Source of the DNA: Trypanosoma brucei
Taxonomy: Eukaryota
Assembly (NCBI GenBank): GCA_000002445.1
Contig: CM000208.1
Span: 224,001-288,000 of the forward strand
DNA length: 64,000 bases
Reading direction: 5' to 3'
A model generated the notes under the pieces. That model did no database searches. It saw only the letters and a program-made list of their open reading frames with translations, and was not told the DNA's origin. A program made the translations under genes and the position numbers. How positions within the stretch are numbered: the stretch's first letter is position 1; every line of letters begins with the position of its first letter. Shown here piece after piece: positions 19,401 through 28,302 of this stretch.

Positions 19401-22113
19401 TATCAATTGTGGAACAATGACGGATATCCGTTCACACTCAAATTGTTGCACAATGACTGACCCTGTTGCAATTGTTATGCCTGATGTCATGGAGGATATG
19501 CAACGCCGTCTAACAAAGGAACTTATCAATTGTGGAACAATGACGGATATCCGTTCACACTCAAATTGTTGCACAATGACTGACCCTGTTGCAATTGTTA
19601 TGCCTGATGTCATGGAGGATATGCAACGCCGTCTAACAAAGGAACTTATCAATTGTGGAACAATGACGGATATCCGTTCACACTCAAATTGTTGCACAAT
19701 GACTGACCCTGTTGCAATTGTTATGCCTGATGTTATGGAGGATGTGCAACGGCGGCCATCAAACAGACTTGATGCTTCCACCTCATTAAAGGTGAGCAAA
19801 AACAATGGCGACGTGGCTGTGTACGAAGCTGTTCGCTTTGGTGACGAAAAAGTAGTGGTGGATAGTTGTTCTGTGGCGTCAGTGAGTGATAGTTTCCCGC
19901 GGGATTTGTCAAGTGAGGTGGGTAAACTTCAGTTAAGGGTACTAGATCTCGGGAAAGAGGTTTACATGCTTCAGAAAGAACTTATGGCAAGAGAAGAACA
20001 GCTACAGAAAACGCAGGAAAGGGCAGACTACTACAAAAAGAACTGCGAAACCCTCGAAAACGAACTAGCAAAACTGACAGAGGAGCAAGAAAGAAACGAC
20101 GCAAGGCGTACCGAAGCATACACCATTCTTGAAGAAGAAAGTGAGAACCTCAGGGCTGAAATTGAAGCGCTACAAAAGCAATTAGCAGAGAAGCCACACA
20201 AGGACGCATCCAACTCCGAAGCTCTTTCCAACAAAAATAATACGCGGAAAACGGATAGCGACCACGCTGTTGACGGGAAGGAAAATTTGGGTCTTCATCA
20301 TGTGTCCTCTGTGAGATCACTAGTTCACTTGAGGGAAAATAAAGCAAGGGAACATCTTCGAAGTCGTTCGTTGTCCAATGGCAGGGAGCCCCCTGGTGGT
20401 GTTCTACCTACCGAGCTGAGGACATGGCCGCAGACGGCGCAGCAAAGTGCCCCCGCTGCTTGCACCCATGAAAAAGGTGTGGAACGAAAACTTTCAGAGG
20501 AACTCGATGAGAGCGACGTCGTGAACCACCTCACCGCTCAGGCAACTCCTGAAATGCTGAATCTGAAACCCGAACTATTTGTAAAAAACCCTGCTTCGTT
20601 CGATCGTTTGGTGTCATATCTTACGCGACTCGTAGAAAGGGCTGAAAGGGAACCCGGAGCGCTGAGTTGTGAGGAAAGACACCTTTCTGAGGTATTGAAG
20701 GTGTTCTCCACTTTTTACTGTGGTTATCGTTCCATTGAAAGTGGTACCGGCACTTGTCCCATTGTTGATGGGAATCTGCGTTCACGCGGTGGGAGTTCAC
20801 ATTCACTGCGTCCTAGGGCAAAAGGAATGTGGTCTCCAGAATCCTTGCGGGTTTCCCCTGATGTTGGAAGGAACGTTGACGCTGTGAAGGAAGACCAAAA
20901 TGGTAAGCATCTCGGCCCAGTGCCTTCCGCAAGTACGACATTTCGAACCGGGCGTTCTGAGAGGTGTACTTCCTCCGTTCGTGGCGTGGCGTTGGTGGGT
21001 GGGCTTTTGGCGTCGAGGAGACGCTCGTCAACTGCTCCTTCACCGACAGAGGGGCCGCGGGTCCCTCTGCAGAGGGAAGAAATAGAAGACCTGGAGGGAA
21101 TGTCAGAGTTGGTGTCTTCCATCGAGGACATGCAGTCGCAGTTAGCCTACTTCAATTTTAGCAATGAGCCAGAGCTGAGGGAGTCCATCAAGCAACTGCA
21201 ACAGCACCTCGAGGAACTCAGAGCAGTCCTGGAGAGCCAAATGTCAACGACAAAAATGTCACGATCACCCTCCTATATATCTAGTTTCAGGGGAAGCTGC
21301 TTCTCACAGGGTAACCAACAGGGTCAAGGTGTGCAAGAGGGGAAGCCACCACTAAAAGCAGAAAGCAACGGATGTCAACCTGCGACCGACAGCGCGTGTG
21401 ATACAAATTATTCAAACGGTGGCCAGACAGGCTATTTAGCTGTATGTAATGCTGTAAACACTTGCTGTGGAGGGAGAGGTGCGTTCCATCGTGGTTCGAA
21501 TAGATGCTCCCACTGGGTACCACTGAGAATGCACAGGGCAAATCACGATGAGAACGTCGGGTTGGCGATGAATGAGCCTGGTGGCTCTATTCCTCAAGGA
21601 CGGTCAAATGCTTTTGACGACGGCTCGCAACGCAAGTGTATGGCGCCGAATCGACGCAACCAGAGTGCAGTGATGAGGCGGTTGCTGGACTCTATGCGAT
21701 TTGACCTTGACTCGTATGTGTACACGGCTGCCGAACAGAATGCCGCTAGCGCTGCTTTGCTAGAGGAATCGTCTTCTCTCAAGGAAAGAGAAGCAGATAT
21801 GTGGTTACGTCTCAACCAAACAGAGTTCTGCGAGATGGCAAGGATAGAAATGAGGCTGAAAAGGGATGACTTACGGGAGCTTCAGCATGAAATCCACCGC
21901 ATGCACTTGTTGCACGATAAAGAACTCGTAGAGCGGAAACGGAGGTTGTTGATTTATTCCTATAGAAAATTGCTGGATTTTGCAAAGCGAATGTCCGATA
22001 TTCTTAAGGCACGCGAGTTCTGTACGGGCACGCTGGAAAGCCAGCGGCTGCTGCTATTAGACGAAACGTCAGATTTCACAAAAGATGTAGAAAAGTACAT
22101 TGAGGTTCTGTAG
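13444..22113 (+). CDS. Kinesin-like protein with an N-terminal motor domain and a very long repeat-rich tail (2889 aa as assembled)
   Basis: ATG at 13444. The motor motifs are present: P-loop 'GQTGSGKTYTM', switch I 'SSRSHCLL', switch II 'DLAGSE', and the neck-proximal 'LRFAQKALRIKTRAVVNK'. A single uninterrupted ORF runs through two repeat arrays. Gene length and repeat copy number may be affected by assembly collapse. Confidence 0.75.
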   Translation: MLHKPCVQVVMRFRPNPGVASPFYSTDDTGAPWLTYDERTVRVVERDPPMDRKRVEPNGGPCGDSNDPPVSKALVPAPVTSYTFDAVLSDTSTQRDVHKCVGEPVIGNVLKGYNATIFSYGQTGSGKTYTMLGPYGGLADAFFEDSPFYGERGLVPRVVEELFNRLNTMKSEEYTWRVKTQMFEIYRENIVDLLIEGDQQPQTEYRIREGKNSQGSFCMYVDSLKEVECRTAADFMDILQRGVASRHTRETGTNDRSSRSHCLLCLFVELKHNEDYSMWTESRLNFVDLAGSERVATSQAEGETLKETQYINLSLSLLGNVIHRLAGGNTGHIPYRDTKLTRVLKDSLGGNSLTTLLCHGTTEAATKSQTINTLRFAQKALRIKTRAVVNKPSKTTIKQQQQEFYKEHTKQLEKQIRVLQEIIRSRENTEGENSMCAKCESMSATIASLTKEIERLQKELIAREEQLQQTQETGDYYKKNCETLENELAKLTEEQEANDARHIEAYTILEEESENLRAEIEALQKQLAEKPHKDASNSEALSNKNNTRKNNYNDYKNRATMTDRRTHSNCCTMTDPVTIVMPDVMEDMQRRLTKELINCGTMTDIRSHSNCCTMTDPVAIVMPDVMEDMQRRLTKELINCGTMTDIRSHSNCCTMTDPVAIVMPDVMEDMQRRLTKELINCGTMTDGTISTNRATMTDCRTHSNCCTMTDPVAIVMPDVMEDMQRRLTKELINCGTMTDIRSHSNCCTMTDPVAIVMPDVMEDMQRRLTKELINCGTMTDIRSHSNCCTMTDPVAIVMPDVMEDMQRRLTKELINCGTMTDGTISTNRATMTDRRTHSNCCTMTDPVAIVMPDVMEDMQRRLTKELINCGTMTDIRSHSNCCTMTDPVAIVMPDVMEDMQRRLTKELINCGTMTDGTVSTNCATMTDLRSHSNCCTMTDPVAIVMPDVMEDMQRRLTKELINCGTMTDGTISTNRATMTDLRSHSNCCTMTDPVAIVMPDVMEDMQRRLTKELINCGTMTDGTVSTNCATMTDLRSHSNCCTMTDPVAIVMPDVMEDMQRRLTKELINCGTMTDLRSHSNCCTMTDPVAIVMPDVMEDMQRRLTKELINCGTMTDGTVSTNCATMTDIRSHSNCCTMTDPVAIVMPDVMEDMQRRLTKELINCGTMTDGTVSTNCATMTEVCRQSNSLDRRVSCVSGTAENVSLSGETFCRNTSVNTRECSYIARNTIFASSVVSSFVPVIGEGQFEWWCLDDVYAHALLFSYCNPRDVGINIGLFDDCDDKVLLQSLGVVHRTLGSIRADYDGSVVSVIRRFLVQQRGALAGDGALEGCVPCEALFEVLISAKNALLVEPMVSDSSTVKGEDRVCHGDGEGALDSCVYAHLQVAMTAVFSIARERGGYLSDIFASVKVQKALEAMRQFFTSSNLFSSGSSSVSSTSEANGDSSSFLEDMLRETEVPRFVLGGALQRAAALLKDDVVTKLQRRRLCGGLSLEEALLACYLAEERITALTEIENLREEMVQPVTREALDLIDGAVRAFLKSEESEDFSAEATNHMKSSSFTTALAFLFTYVAAQTATETVGLPQDSTEHVRDALNVVAQTLLRRSVSQTSRFDVAQSNTAIDPESMQQSLRIIMDYAESQGYYPVTCDTSEAGSRSNHHCQYSQQTRRKDTPDIDVTKREALMEKMDSPRTTPRSSPHPRLSSPQEQRPQTSVVVVSQPNVTSHHINNLVHRGRMTNPVAIVMPDVMEDMQRRLTKELINCGTMTDGTISTNRATMTDLRSHSNCCTMTDPVAIVMPDVMEDMQRRLTKELINCGTMTDIRSHSNCCTMTDPVAIVMPDVMEDMQRRLTKELINCGTMTDGTISTNRATMTDLRSHSNCCTMTDPVAIVMPDVMEDMQRRLTKELINCGTMTDIRSHSNCCTMTDPVAIVMPDVMEDMQRRLTKELINCGTMTDIRSHSNCCTMTDPVAIVMPDVMEDMQRRLTKELINCGTMTDIRSHSNCCTMTDPVAIVMPDVMEDMQRRLTKELINCGTMTDIRSHSNCCTMTDPVAIVMPDVMEDMQRRLTKELINCGTMTDIRSHSNCCTMTDPVAIVMPDVMEDVQRRPSNRLDASTSLKVSKNNGDVAVYEAVRFGDEKVVVDSCSVASVSDSFPRDLSSEVGKLQLRVLDLGKEVYMLQKELMAREEQLQKTQERADYYKKNCETLENELAKLTEEQERNDARRTEAYTILEEESENLRAEIEALQKQLAEKPHKDASNSEALSNKNNTRKTDSDHAVDGKENLGLHHVSSVRSLVHLRENKAREHLRSRSLSNGREPPGGVLPTELRTWPQTAQQSAPAACTHEKGVERKLSEELDESDVVNHLTAQATPEMLNLKPELFVKNPASFDRLVSYLTRLVERAEREPGALSCEERHLSEVLKVFSTFYCGYRSIESGTGTCPIVDGNLRSRGGSSHSLRPRAKGMWSPESLRVSPDVGRNVDAVKEDQNGKHLGPVPSASTTFRTGRSERCTSSVRGVALVGGLLASRRRSSTAPSPTEGPRVPLQREEIEDLEGMSELVSSIEDMQSQLAYFNFSNEPELRESIKQLQQHLEELRAVLESQMSTTKMSRSPSYISSFRGSCFSQGNQQGQGVQEGKPPLKAESNGCQPATDSACDTNYSNGGQTGYLAVCNAVNTCCGGRGAFHRGSNRCSHWVPLRMHRANHDENVGLAMNEPGGSIPQGRSNAFDDGSQRKCMAPNRRNQSAVMRRLLDSMRFDLDSYVYTAAEQNAASAALLEESSSLKEREADMWLRLNQTEFCEMARIEMRLKRDDLRELQHEIHRMHLLHDKELVERKRRLLIYSYRKLLDFAKRMSDILKAREFCTGTLESQRLLLLDETSDFTKDVEKYIEVL
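14819..15091 (+). repeat. 283-nt coiled-coil block 'A' (copy 1), directly 5' of repeat array 1; ~96% identical to 19969-20251
   Basis: Encodes 'LQKELIAREEQLQQTQETGDYYKKNCETLENELAKLTEEQEANDARHIEAYTILEEESENLRAEIEALQKQLAEKPHKDASNSEALSNKNNTRK'. Confidence 0.85.
15131..16985 (+). repeat. Kinesin tail repeat array 1: ~13 tandem units of 123 nt (41 aa) or 159 nt (53 aa)
   Basis: The short unit is 'TMTD[I/L/R]RSHSNCCTMTDPVAIVMPDVMEDMQRRLTKELINCG'. The long variant adds 'TMTDGT[I/V]STN[R/C]A'. I counted 7 short and 6 long units from the translation. Synonymous variants (gttatg/gtcatg, caactgt/caattgt, ggtacg/ggcaca/ggaaca) distinguish the copies. Confidence 0.9.
18643..19752 (+). repeat. Kinesin tail repeat array 2: ~9.5 units of the same 123/159-nt repeat
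   Basis: Same unit as array 1: 2 long and ~7 short copies. It is separated from array 1 by ~1.66 kb of unique coding sequence (16986-18642). Confidence 0.9.
19969..20251 (+). repeat. 283-nt coiled-coil block 'A' (copy 2), located 3' of repeat array 2
   Basis: Encodes 'LQKELMAREEQLQKTQERADYYKKNCETLENELAKLTEEQERNDARRTEAYTILEEESENLRAEIEALQKQLAEKPHKDASNSEALSNKNNTRK'. It is in direct orientation relative to copy 1. Confidence 0.85.
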
Positions 22114-23600
22114 CAGAAAAGGATGCACTTGTCGTAATATGACGTGAGGAACCAGCAGTGGGGCTTCTACCTTCGTGTCAGCGTCTCTTTCGGTTGCGGT
22201 TCGCGACAAAACAAAGCAGAATATTCATCATCAGTGTTTTTATTTGTGCATAATCCAACGATGTTGGATTAACTAACTAACGAGTGGCTTTGCTCTCTCC
22301 TTTTGTTACTGAAGGCATTGTACTTGCGATTCTCAGAATATCAACCGGAAGTGAGAGGTTGAATTTGTCCTTGCATAGAGAAAAAGCAAAAAAAAATTGT
22401 TGGTTTACATAGACACCATTAGACGCACGGTAAATTAGAAAGTAAGCAGTGAGAGCTCTGAAGAAAGATATTGATATCGATATATTAACGGATAGAAGTA
22501 ATGATAACTAAGTGCTATCCCATCGGCGACGAGTGAGGGGAATCGGGGGTGATAATGACAAACATTCTTTGCGCGATGGCGGTGTTGGGTTGGTATCTAA
22601 AGTGCAAAGAGGTGACAAAGATTTTTGTGCACATGTATTTATATATCTACACATACATAACAAGCCATCACCAATCCGAAACAACAAACAAGGGAAGGGG
22701 GAGAAGTGGTGGAATAGATGAGGAAATATGAACCCATCTTGCCAACGGCTAAATGCGTATAAATAAATGTATAGACACGTGAAAGGAAGTAAGGAATGAG
22801 GTCAGGGATGGTACCCTTTTTTGGCAATCGGTGTCCTGGTTCTCTTTATTAGTATCTCCTCTTTCAGTGTGACTTAAGTTGTTGAACGCGCCGCCTACAC
22901 CACGATTTTACGTACTTTCCATGTTTTAGGTTTATCCTTTCTCACCCTTCCGGTGTTGTGGTGTAGTTGAGTTGGATAAAGGATCGGTAGCGACAAAAAT
23001 ATCAACGAAAGAAGCATAAACAAAACAGTAAATATACCACTGTTTCTAATATAATTATTACCACTACTCTCTTTGGCTCACTTTATATTAATTACATTGC
23101 GTCGCCCTCTTTTCTGGATTCTTCCATGAGTTGCGTCGCCTGGGGATACAAATAAACAGTTTCCCTCCACCCACTTTTTTTTCGAGTGAGGGGGAGAAGC
23201 AGTGAAGGGAAGGAGGGAGTATTTGCAGAGGCGCAGCTGCGTGCGATTGCCGTTCTTTTTGTTAGAGATGTGGGTAACATGTTCGCTCTTTGACTTCTTT
23301 GTTATGGTTGTTTGGTGTTTTTTTTCTACCTATATTGTTGAAGAAATCACTCCACTGCCCTTCTGGGGTCCGATGGTGTGTTTACATACTGTCTTGGGGT
23401 ACAGGCTGTGAACTACCACGGAGCACAGTCCACCGTATAGACGGTGGCGGTGTTGGTGTTTTGGCGATACCTCGGGTCTACTTACCCGCAGTAAGGAACG
23501 CACACCCATTGATCCATTTATTTATTCTGCTCCTGCCTTCTTTTTCGTACGTTTCCAACACAGAAACGTTGCAATATACAGGGAAGTGGTAATAGTGGCA

Positions 23601-24116
23601 ATGCGTCGAGGGCACCACCGACTGCGTGTAAATGTGTCTGGGGAATATGCGGGGAGGGCGCTGAATTTGTTGCTGGTGAGCGGGCGCCACGTAGCAACAC
23701 GGAAACTCTCCAACTTTGAAGAAGTTGCTACGTTGCGCCGGGAGCTTGCGGCCGCCCAACAACGCATAGCGGAGCTACAGTTGAGTCAAGTTGCCGTTCA
23801 CGAGGCCCTGCTGAAGCGACTGGAGGAGTCTCACCAGGCTGTGCATAAGGCGGCAATTCATGCACGGCACGCCGCATTGGCATTGCAGTGCAGCCACGAT
23901 TTGATGGAGAGAGAGTTGCGTCGCGTGCTGTCCATCACGCCAACCAGCAGTAATATGAGCGGAGTTGAAGTGGATCGTCTGCGACGGGCTGCTGTGGAGG
24001 CGGGCGCGAGGGAAATTGTAAGAAGGAACATAGGCTTCCGAGTAGAAAAGCAATTGGAAGATCAGTTGCAAGTCGAGAAGGATAGTGGGGAGAGCAACAC
24101 GATCAAAGGTGGATGA
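23601..24116 (+). CDS. Small hypothetical protein (~171 aa), Arg-rich N-terminus, coiled-coil-like
   Basis: The track ORF starts at a GTG (23586); the first ATG is at 23601 ('MRRGHHRLRVN...'). It is in the sense orientation of the unit and has no recognisable domain. It could be a spurious ORF in a 1.5 kb intergenic region. Confidence 0.35.
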   Translation: MRRGHHRLRVNVSGEYAGRALNLLLVSGRHVATRKLSNFEEVATLRRELAAAQQRIAELQLSQVAVHEALLKRLEESHQAVHKAAIHARHAALALQCSHDLMERELRRVLSITPTSSNMSGVEVDRLRRAAVEAGAREIVRRNIGFRVEKQLEDQLQVEKDSGESNTIKGG

Positions 24117-24474
24117 CTATCCTTTTTTCTTCCTATTTCAAGTTGGATGTGCGTTCGGCACAGCGCGAGTAACATCCGTCAAATTTAGTCGGAGCAACCT
24201 CTCTCACCTTGTCTTTGTTGTGGTGGCGGTTGTGTTTGTGTGCCGCTTTTGCGAGCATTTCCACTTATTCCTTAACTCGTGAAAATGTTGTGTCTGGCAT
24301 CAAGCTGCTCCTCCTCGTGCCACTTCCCCCCTGTAGAGGTAATACACATTTCACCCCGCACAGCCACACAAACACAAAATATACATTAGCAGAAAAGGGG
24401 GACTCCAAGTGTTTTGTATATTTGCCTATATACACACATTGAACAAATACGCTGTTTTACATGAAAATTGGATT

Positions 24475-26865
24475 ATGGTAGTACTGCGGCCAAAGATAAC
24501 TTTAACATCCGTGCGAGGTCGCATACAGGTAACTGCCGAAGACGGTGAGCGAGTAGGACCATGGGGTGGCACTGAGTGTTTTCTCTCGCGACAGACAGGA
24601 CAAGGGCCGTGTCTCGTCGTTCGTTCAAGCCGACATAAGCGCCATCAGGGAACTTTTTTCCGACTAGAAGGTGTGCGGCAAGTGCTTTCCCTATACGCGA
24701 TGGAGGGAAAACTGACAGTTGTTGTGCCGCATCAAAAACGCCTCTGCAGCGTGTTCATCGAGACATTTGCAGACGTTGACGCGCTACAGATGATGGCGGC
24801 CACTTTGCAGGATCGCAGTCGGTGGAAGGATATAGAAAAGAACGTCGCATGCCGAGTGCAGCGCATTACCCGCACGAACGTAGTGGATACAAAAAGGATC
24901 ACAAATATGGACGGTGGTACTGATACCCATTTGGACTACAAACAGTTTGAATGGGGTGGGGGTGAAGACGACAGTTGTGCAGTGGGAGGAGTTAGTTGCA
25001 ACCCCCTGGAGGGTGCGCGTGGGGAAAGGAACGGAGACGGCGTTGAGTCGATTCTGCAGGAGCGCCCAACGGGTCTCCCTTCTGCACATAGTGGGGGCAA
25101 GCTGCCGAAACATATGGGGGGAGACGAGTTGAATCCACAGTTGGAGGGGTCAACAACACCCGGTAGGATGCAATGGACAACGGATCAAATAGTTGCGACG
25201 CGGCTTGTCTGCACTGGGAGCAATGTTTTTATAACAGGCTCCGCTGGCACGGGCAAGACAGAGTGGCTACTCCATCTGGTAAGAAATGTCCTACCTCGTG
25301 ACGATAGAACAGTCGTAACCGCCTCTACGGGTATGTCCGCCCGCTTACTAGGTGGGTGTACGATCCATTCTTTTGCGGGTATTGGGCGAGGAGAGGGAGG
25401 TTTTAACAGAGTATACAACCGTGTGAAAAGCAAACCGGAGGTGGTGCGCGCATGGCGGCAATGCCAAACGCTGATTATCGATGAGATTGGGAACATCTCC
25501 CCCGATACATTTTCCATGATTGACGAAATTGCTAGAAGTCTGCGTGGGGCACCGGAAAAACCATTTGGTGGCATTCAGGTTATTCTCCTTGGCGACTTCC
25601 TGCAGCTCCCACCTGTAGATTCACCCAAGGCTCGTAACGAGTGGACAAACGGGAATGACACTGACACGGACAGCAATCCCATCCCGGGCAAGTTGAAGTG
25701 GTGTTTTGAAACTGCCACGTGGGAGAGTCTGAAGCTTGCTCTCGTTGGGTTCAGGAAGAGCTACAGGCAGATGAACGACCCCGACTTTGCACTGTGTTTA
25801 GAGGACATACGCTTTGGTCGCTATACGAGACGTGTTGAGAGGATTTTGAACGAGTGCAGTACCCGTCAGATAAAGGAGCGGCATGGTATCGAACCGACAC
25901 TGATCGTCGCCCGACGTGACGAGGCGACAGAGTACAATGCGGAACGGCTCAAGATGCTTGAGGATGTACATTTTCACCGCTATGAATCAGAGGATTATGC
26001 GGCTATTCCAGGGATGAACTTGGAAAAGGAGGTTTCTCTTCAACAATTACTGGAGTTGCGCATAGGTGCACAAGTCGTTCTCCTAGCGTCACTACCTGAT
26101 GCTCCTCATCTTTCTAACGGTGATCAAGGTGTCGTTGTTTCCTTTGCCGAGCAAACCCGAGGTCCAGCTCTTCCAGTGGTTTGCTTCGCCACTAGTGGTG
26201 GTGAGGAGGTGCTGGTCCCCCGTGTTTCCATGGAGGTGTTGGGTCCTGAGGGAAGAGTAATTGCAACCCGCACCCAAATTCCCTTACAGTTATCATGGGC
26301 CATAACGGTACATCGCGCGCAAGGGATGACACTTCCCCTGGTGAGTGTGCGATTGAACAAATGTTTTTTTGACTGTGGCCAGGCGTACGTAGCATTGTCA
26401 AGGGTGCGGTCCCGGGAGGATCTGATGCTTACAGCGTTCGATCCGTCAGCTATATTTGCTGACGCCCGGGCTGTTGCCTTCTATGAGAAGAACTTCCCCG
26501 CTCAGCGGCAGAGTGTCGAAGATACCGAGTGCGAGCTAGTACCTATCAAGGGGAAAACAAGGGCAAAACACCCGCGTTCTCAGGGAGAGAAAAACAGTGT
26601 TGATGAGGGGGGAAATGCCCCTGAGGAGCACCCACTGAGAACAGATGCCGCCTTCACGGCTTACCACGACCTTGATAGCCAGGTCAGCACTGACATGCCA
26701 CTAGTGCCGCAACCACCGAGAAAAAAGAGAATGTTGGTGGAAGAGCTGCCTCAAGTAACGTCTAGCGCCATTCCGAACTTCACGCAAGAGAGCAACAACG
26801 GTGACGCAAATTCACAACTTCAGCACCCCTTTTCTCAGAACAATCTAATGGTGGACGATGATTGA
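24475..26865 (+). CDS. PIF1-family 5'-3' DNA helicase
   Basis: PIF1 motifs are present: Walker A 'FITGSAGTGKT', motif II 'LIIDEIGNIS', signature motif III 'VILLGDFLQLPPV', 'SWAITVHRAQGMTL', 'GQAYVALSRVRSREDL'. The track start is a GTG at 24409; the first in-frame ATG at 24475 gives 'MVVLRPKITLTSVRGRIQV', an Arg/hydroxyl-rich mitochondrial-presequence-like N-terminus. Confidence 0.8.
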   Translation: MVVLRPKITLTSVRGRIQVTAEDGERVGPWGGTECFLSRQTGQGPCLVVRSSRHKRHQGTFFRLEGVRQVLSLYAMEGKLTVVVPHQKRLCSVFIETFADVDALQMMAATLQDRSRWKDIEKNVACRVQRITRTNVVDTKRITNMDGGTDTHLDYKQFEWGGGEDDSCAVGGVSCNPLEGARGERNGDGVESILQERPTGLPSAHSGGKLPKHMGGDELNPQLEGSTTPGRMQWTTDQIVATRLVCTGSNVFITGSAGTGKTEWLLHLVRNVLPRDDRTVVTASTGMSARLLGGCTIHSFAGIGRGEGGFNRVYNRVKSKPEVVRAWRQCQTLIIDEIGNISPDTFSMIDEIARSLRGAPEKPFGGIQVILLGDFLQLPPVDSPKARNEWTNGNDTDTDSNPIPGKLKWCFETATWESLKLALVGFRKSYRQMNDPDFALCLEDIRFGRYTRRVERILNECSTRQIKERHGIEPTLIVARRDEATEYNAERLKMLEDVHFHRYESEDYAAIPGMNLEKEVSLQQLLELRIGAQVVLLASLPDAPHLSNGDQGVVVSFAEQTRGPALPVVCFATSGGEEVLVPRVSMEVLGPEGRVIATRTQIPLQLSWAITVHRAQGMTLPLVSVRLNKCFFDCGQAYVALSRVRSREDLMLTAFDPSAIFADARAVAFYEKNFPAQRQSVEDTECELVPIKGKTRAKHPRSQGEKNSVDEGGNAPEEHPLRTDAAFTAYHDLDSQVSTDMPLVPQPPRKKRMLVEELPQVTSSAIPNFTQESNNGDANSQLQHPFSQNNLMVDDD

Positions 26866-27408
26866 GGAAAGAAACTAAGAGATCACACAGTAGCGCGTTA
26901 GTTGTGATAACCTAAAGGGTAGGGACACTGTTAGATGTTGTGTTTCAACGGATTCCTGTCTGCCCCAACCTGCATCCTTTACCTGCGCTTCTACTTCATA
27001 GATTTATCTGCTTGTTCATTTCACCCGGAGATACACTCCTTTGAGCACAAGCTGGTTAAACAAATAAATAATATATATGTATATGTATATGTACTTATTA
27101 AGGGTGTGATTGCGAGCTGCCGTCGATGCCACCGGAGATTCATCACTGTTGCCTTCACATCTTTCCCCGTATTTCTCCCATCGTTTTCCTTTAAAACATA
27201 ACATGGGTACCCACGAAGGACTTGATAGGTAAGACGGATTTACCTCCTAAAATTCCCTGGTCGATATTACTCCGCCATTGGAACACAGTCGTGCTGTTTC
27301 CCAGCGGAAGACGGTCAAGAGTTGGTAGAAAATAGATAATAAGGAACCAACAGCAGCGAGGAAGTCCTGTTTGTTTTAAGTAATTTACAGTAAGTACATA
27401 TATACCAC

Positions 27409-28302
27409 ATGCCGCAGGATAAACGATTAATTATAACTCGGGCGGTTCTCCACAAAGTGCAGCGTGTTTGCGGTAGCGCGGATGCCGCGTCGGCGGAGGG
27501 TATCTTTATTGAATTTGTTGTACCCGCGGTGGTAGTAACACAGTGCCCAGAACTAACGGGAAAGTACGTCTTCCAGCTCCCCAACCGCACGTATGTGATG
27601 AATGGCCGCACGACATGTCTTATTGTTCCACGCCTCCTATCAGGTGGCGCGTTTAAAGTAAACAAGAGACACGGCTATTACGACGCTGTGGTTACGGCTG
27701 AGGCCATATGCAAGCGAGGGGATACAGAGGCTGCACGGCGGGCAGCGCAAGTCGCCAAAACGTTTGCCCACTTTGTTGTAGACTCGCGTATTGTATCAAA
27801 GCTACCGTCGTGCATTACCGATGGGGCGGTAGTGACGAAGGTGGCAACAATGAAGGTCCCATCTACTGTAGCCGACGAAAAATCTGATAGGAAGAATGAG
27901 CAGGGGCGAAAAGGTTCGCAGAAGCCCCCAGATGGGGCGATTGTTAAAGGTAGCCAGCAATACGTTGAAACGGAAAAAGCGCCAGTGGGGATGCCCCCGC
28001 TGGTGAAACTTTCAAGGAAGTGCATTACCCCCCTGCACAACCTTGATGAGCAAGGTAATCTAACCCTCCGCCTTGCGCAGGGAGCATCGGGCTCTGTTGT
28101 CCGCGTTCGCCAAGCCGGGCAGCTTGTGGTGCGTGTCGGGCACGGTGGGATGGTTCCTGGCGAAGTGTGTGACAACGCAAAGAGTTTCGTCTACACTTTG
28201 AAGCGGGAGTTCCCAACAGTGTGGAAATACATCCACGAGTTTCAGATGACGTCCGCGGTAACGGAGCCCATTCGCTTCATGGAGGTTCACATACAGAAGT
28301 AA
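27409..28302 (+). CDS. Hypothetical protein (297 aa); weak resemblance to a ribosomal L1-domain-containing fold
   Basis: ATG at 27409. The ORF is clean, in the sense orientation, and its composition is not low-complexity. The L1-domain guess rests only on the general pattern ('LIVPRLL...', 'LTLRLAQGASGSVVRVR...GHGGM') and is unverified. Confidence 0.5.
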   Translation: MPQDKRLIITRAVLHKVQRVCGSADAASAEGIFIEFVVPAVVVTQCPELTGKYVFQLPNRTYVMNGRTTCLIVPRLLSGGAFKVNKRHGYYDAVVTAEAICKRGDTEAARRAAQVAKTFAHFVVDSRIVSKLPSCITDGAVVTKVATMKVPSTVADEKSDRKNEQGRKGSQKPPDGAIVKGSQQYVETEKAPVGMPPLVKLSRKCITPLHNLDEQGNLTLRLAQGASGSVVRVRQAGQLVVRVGHGGMVPGEVCDNAKSFVYTLKREFPTVWKYIHEFQMTSAVTEPIRFMEVHIQK

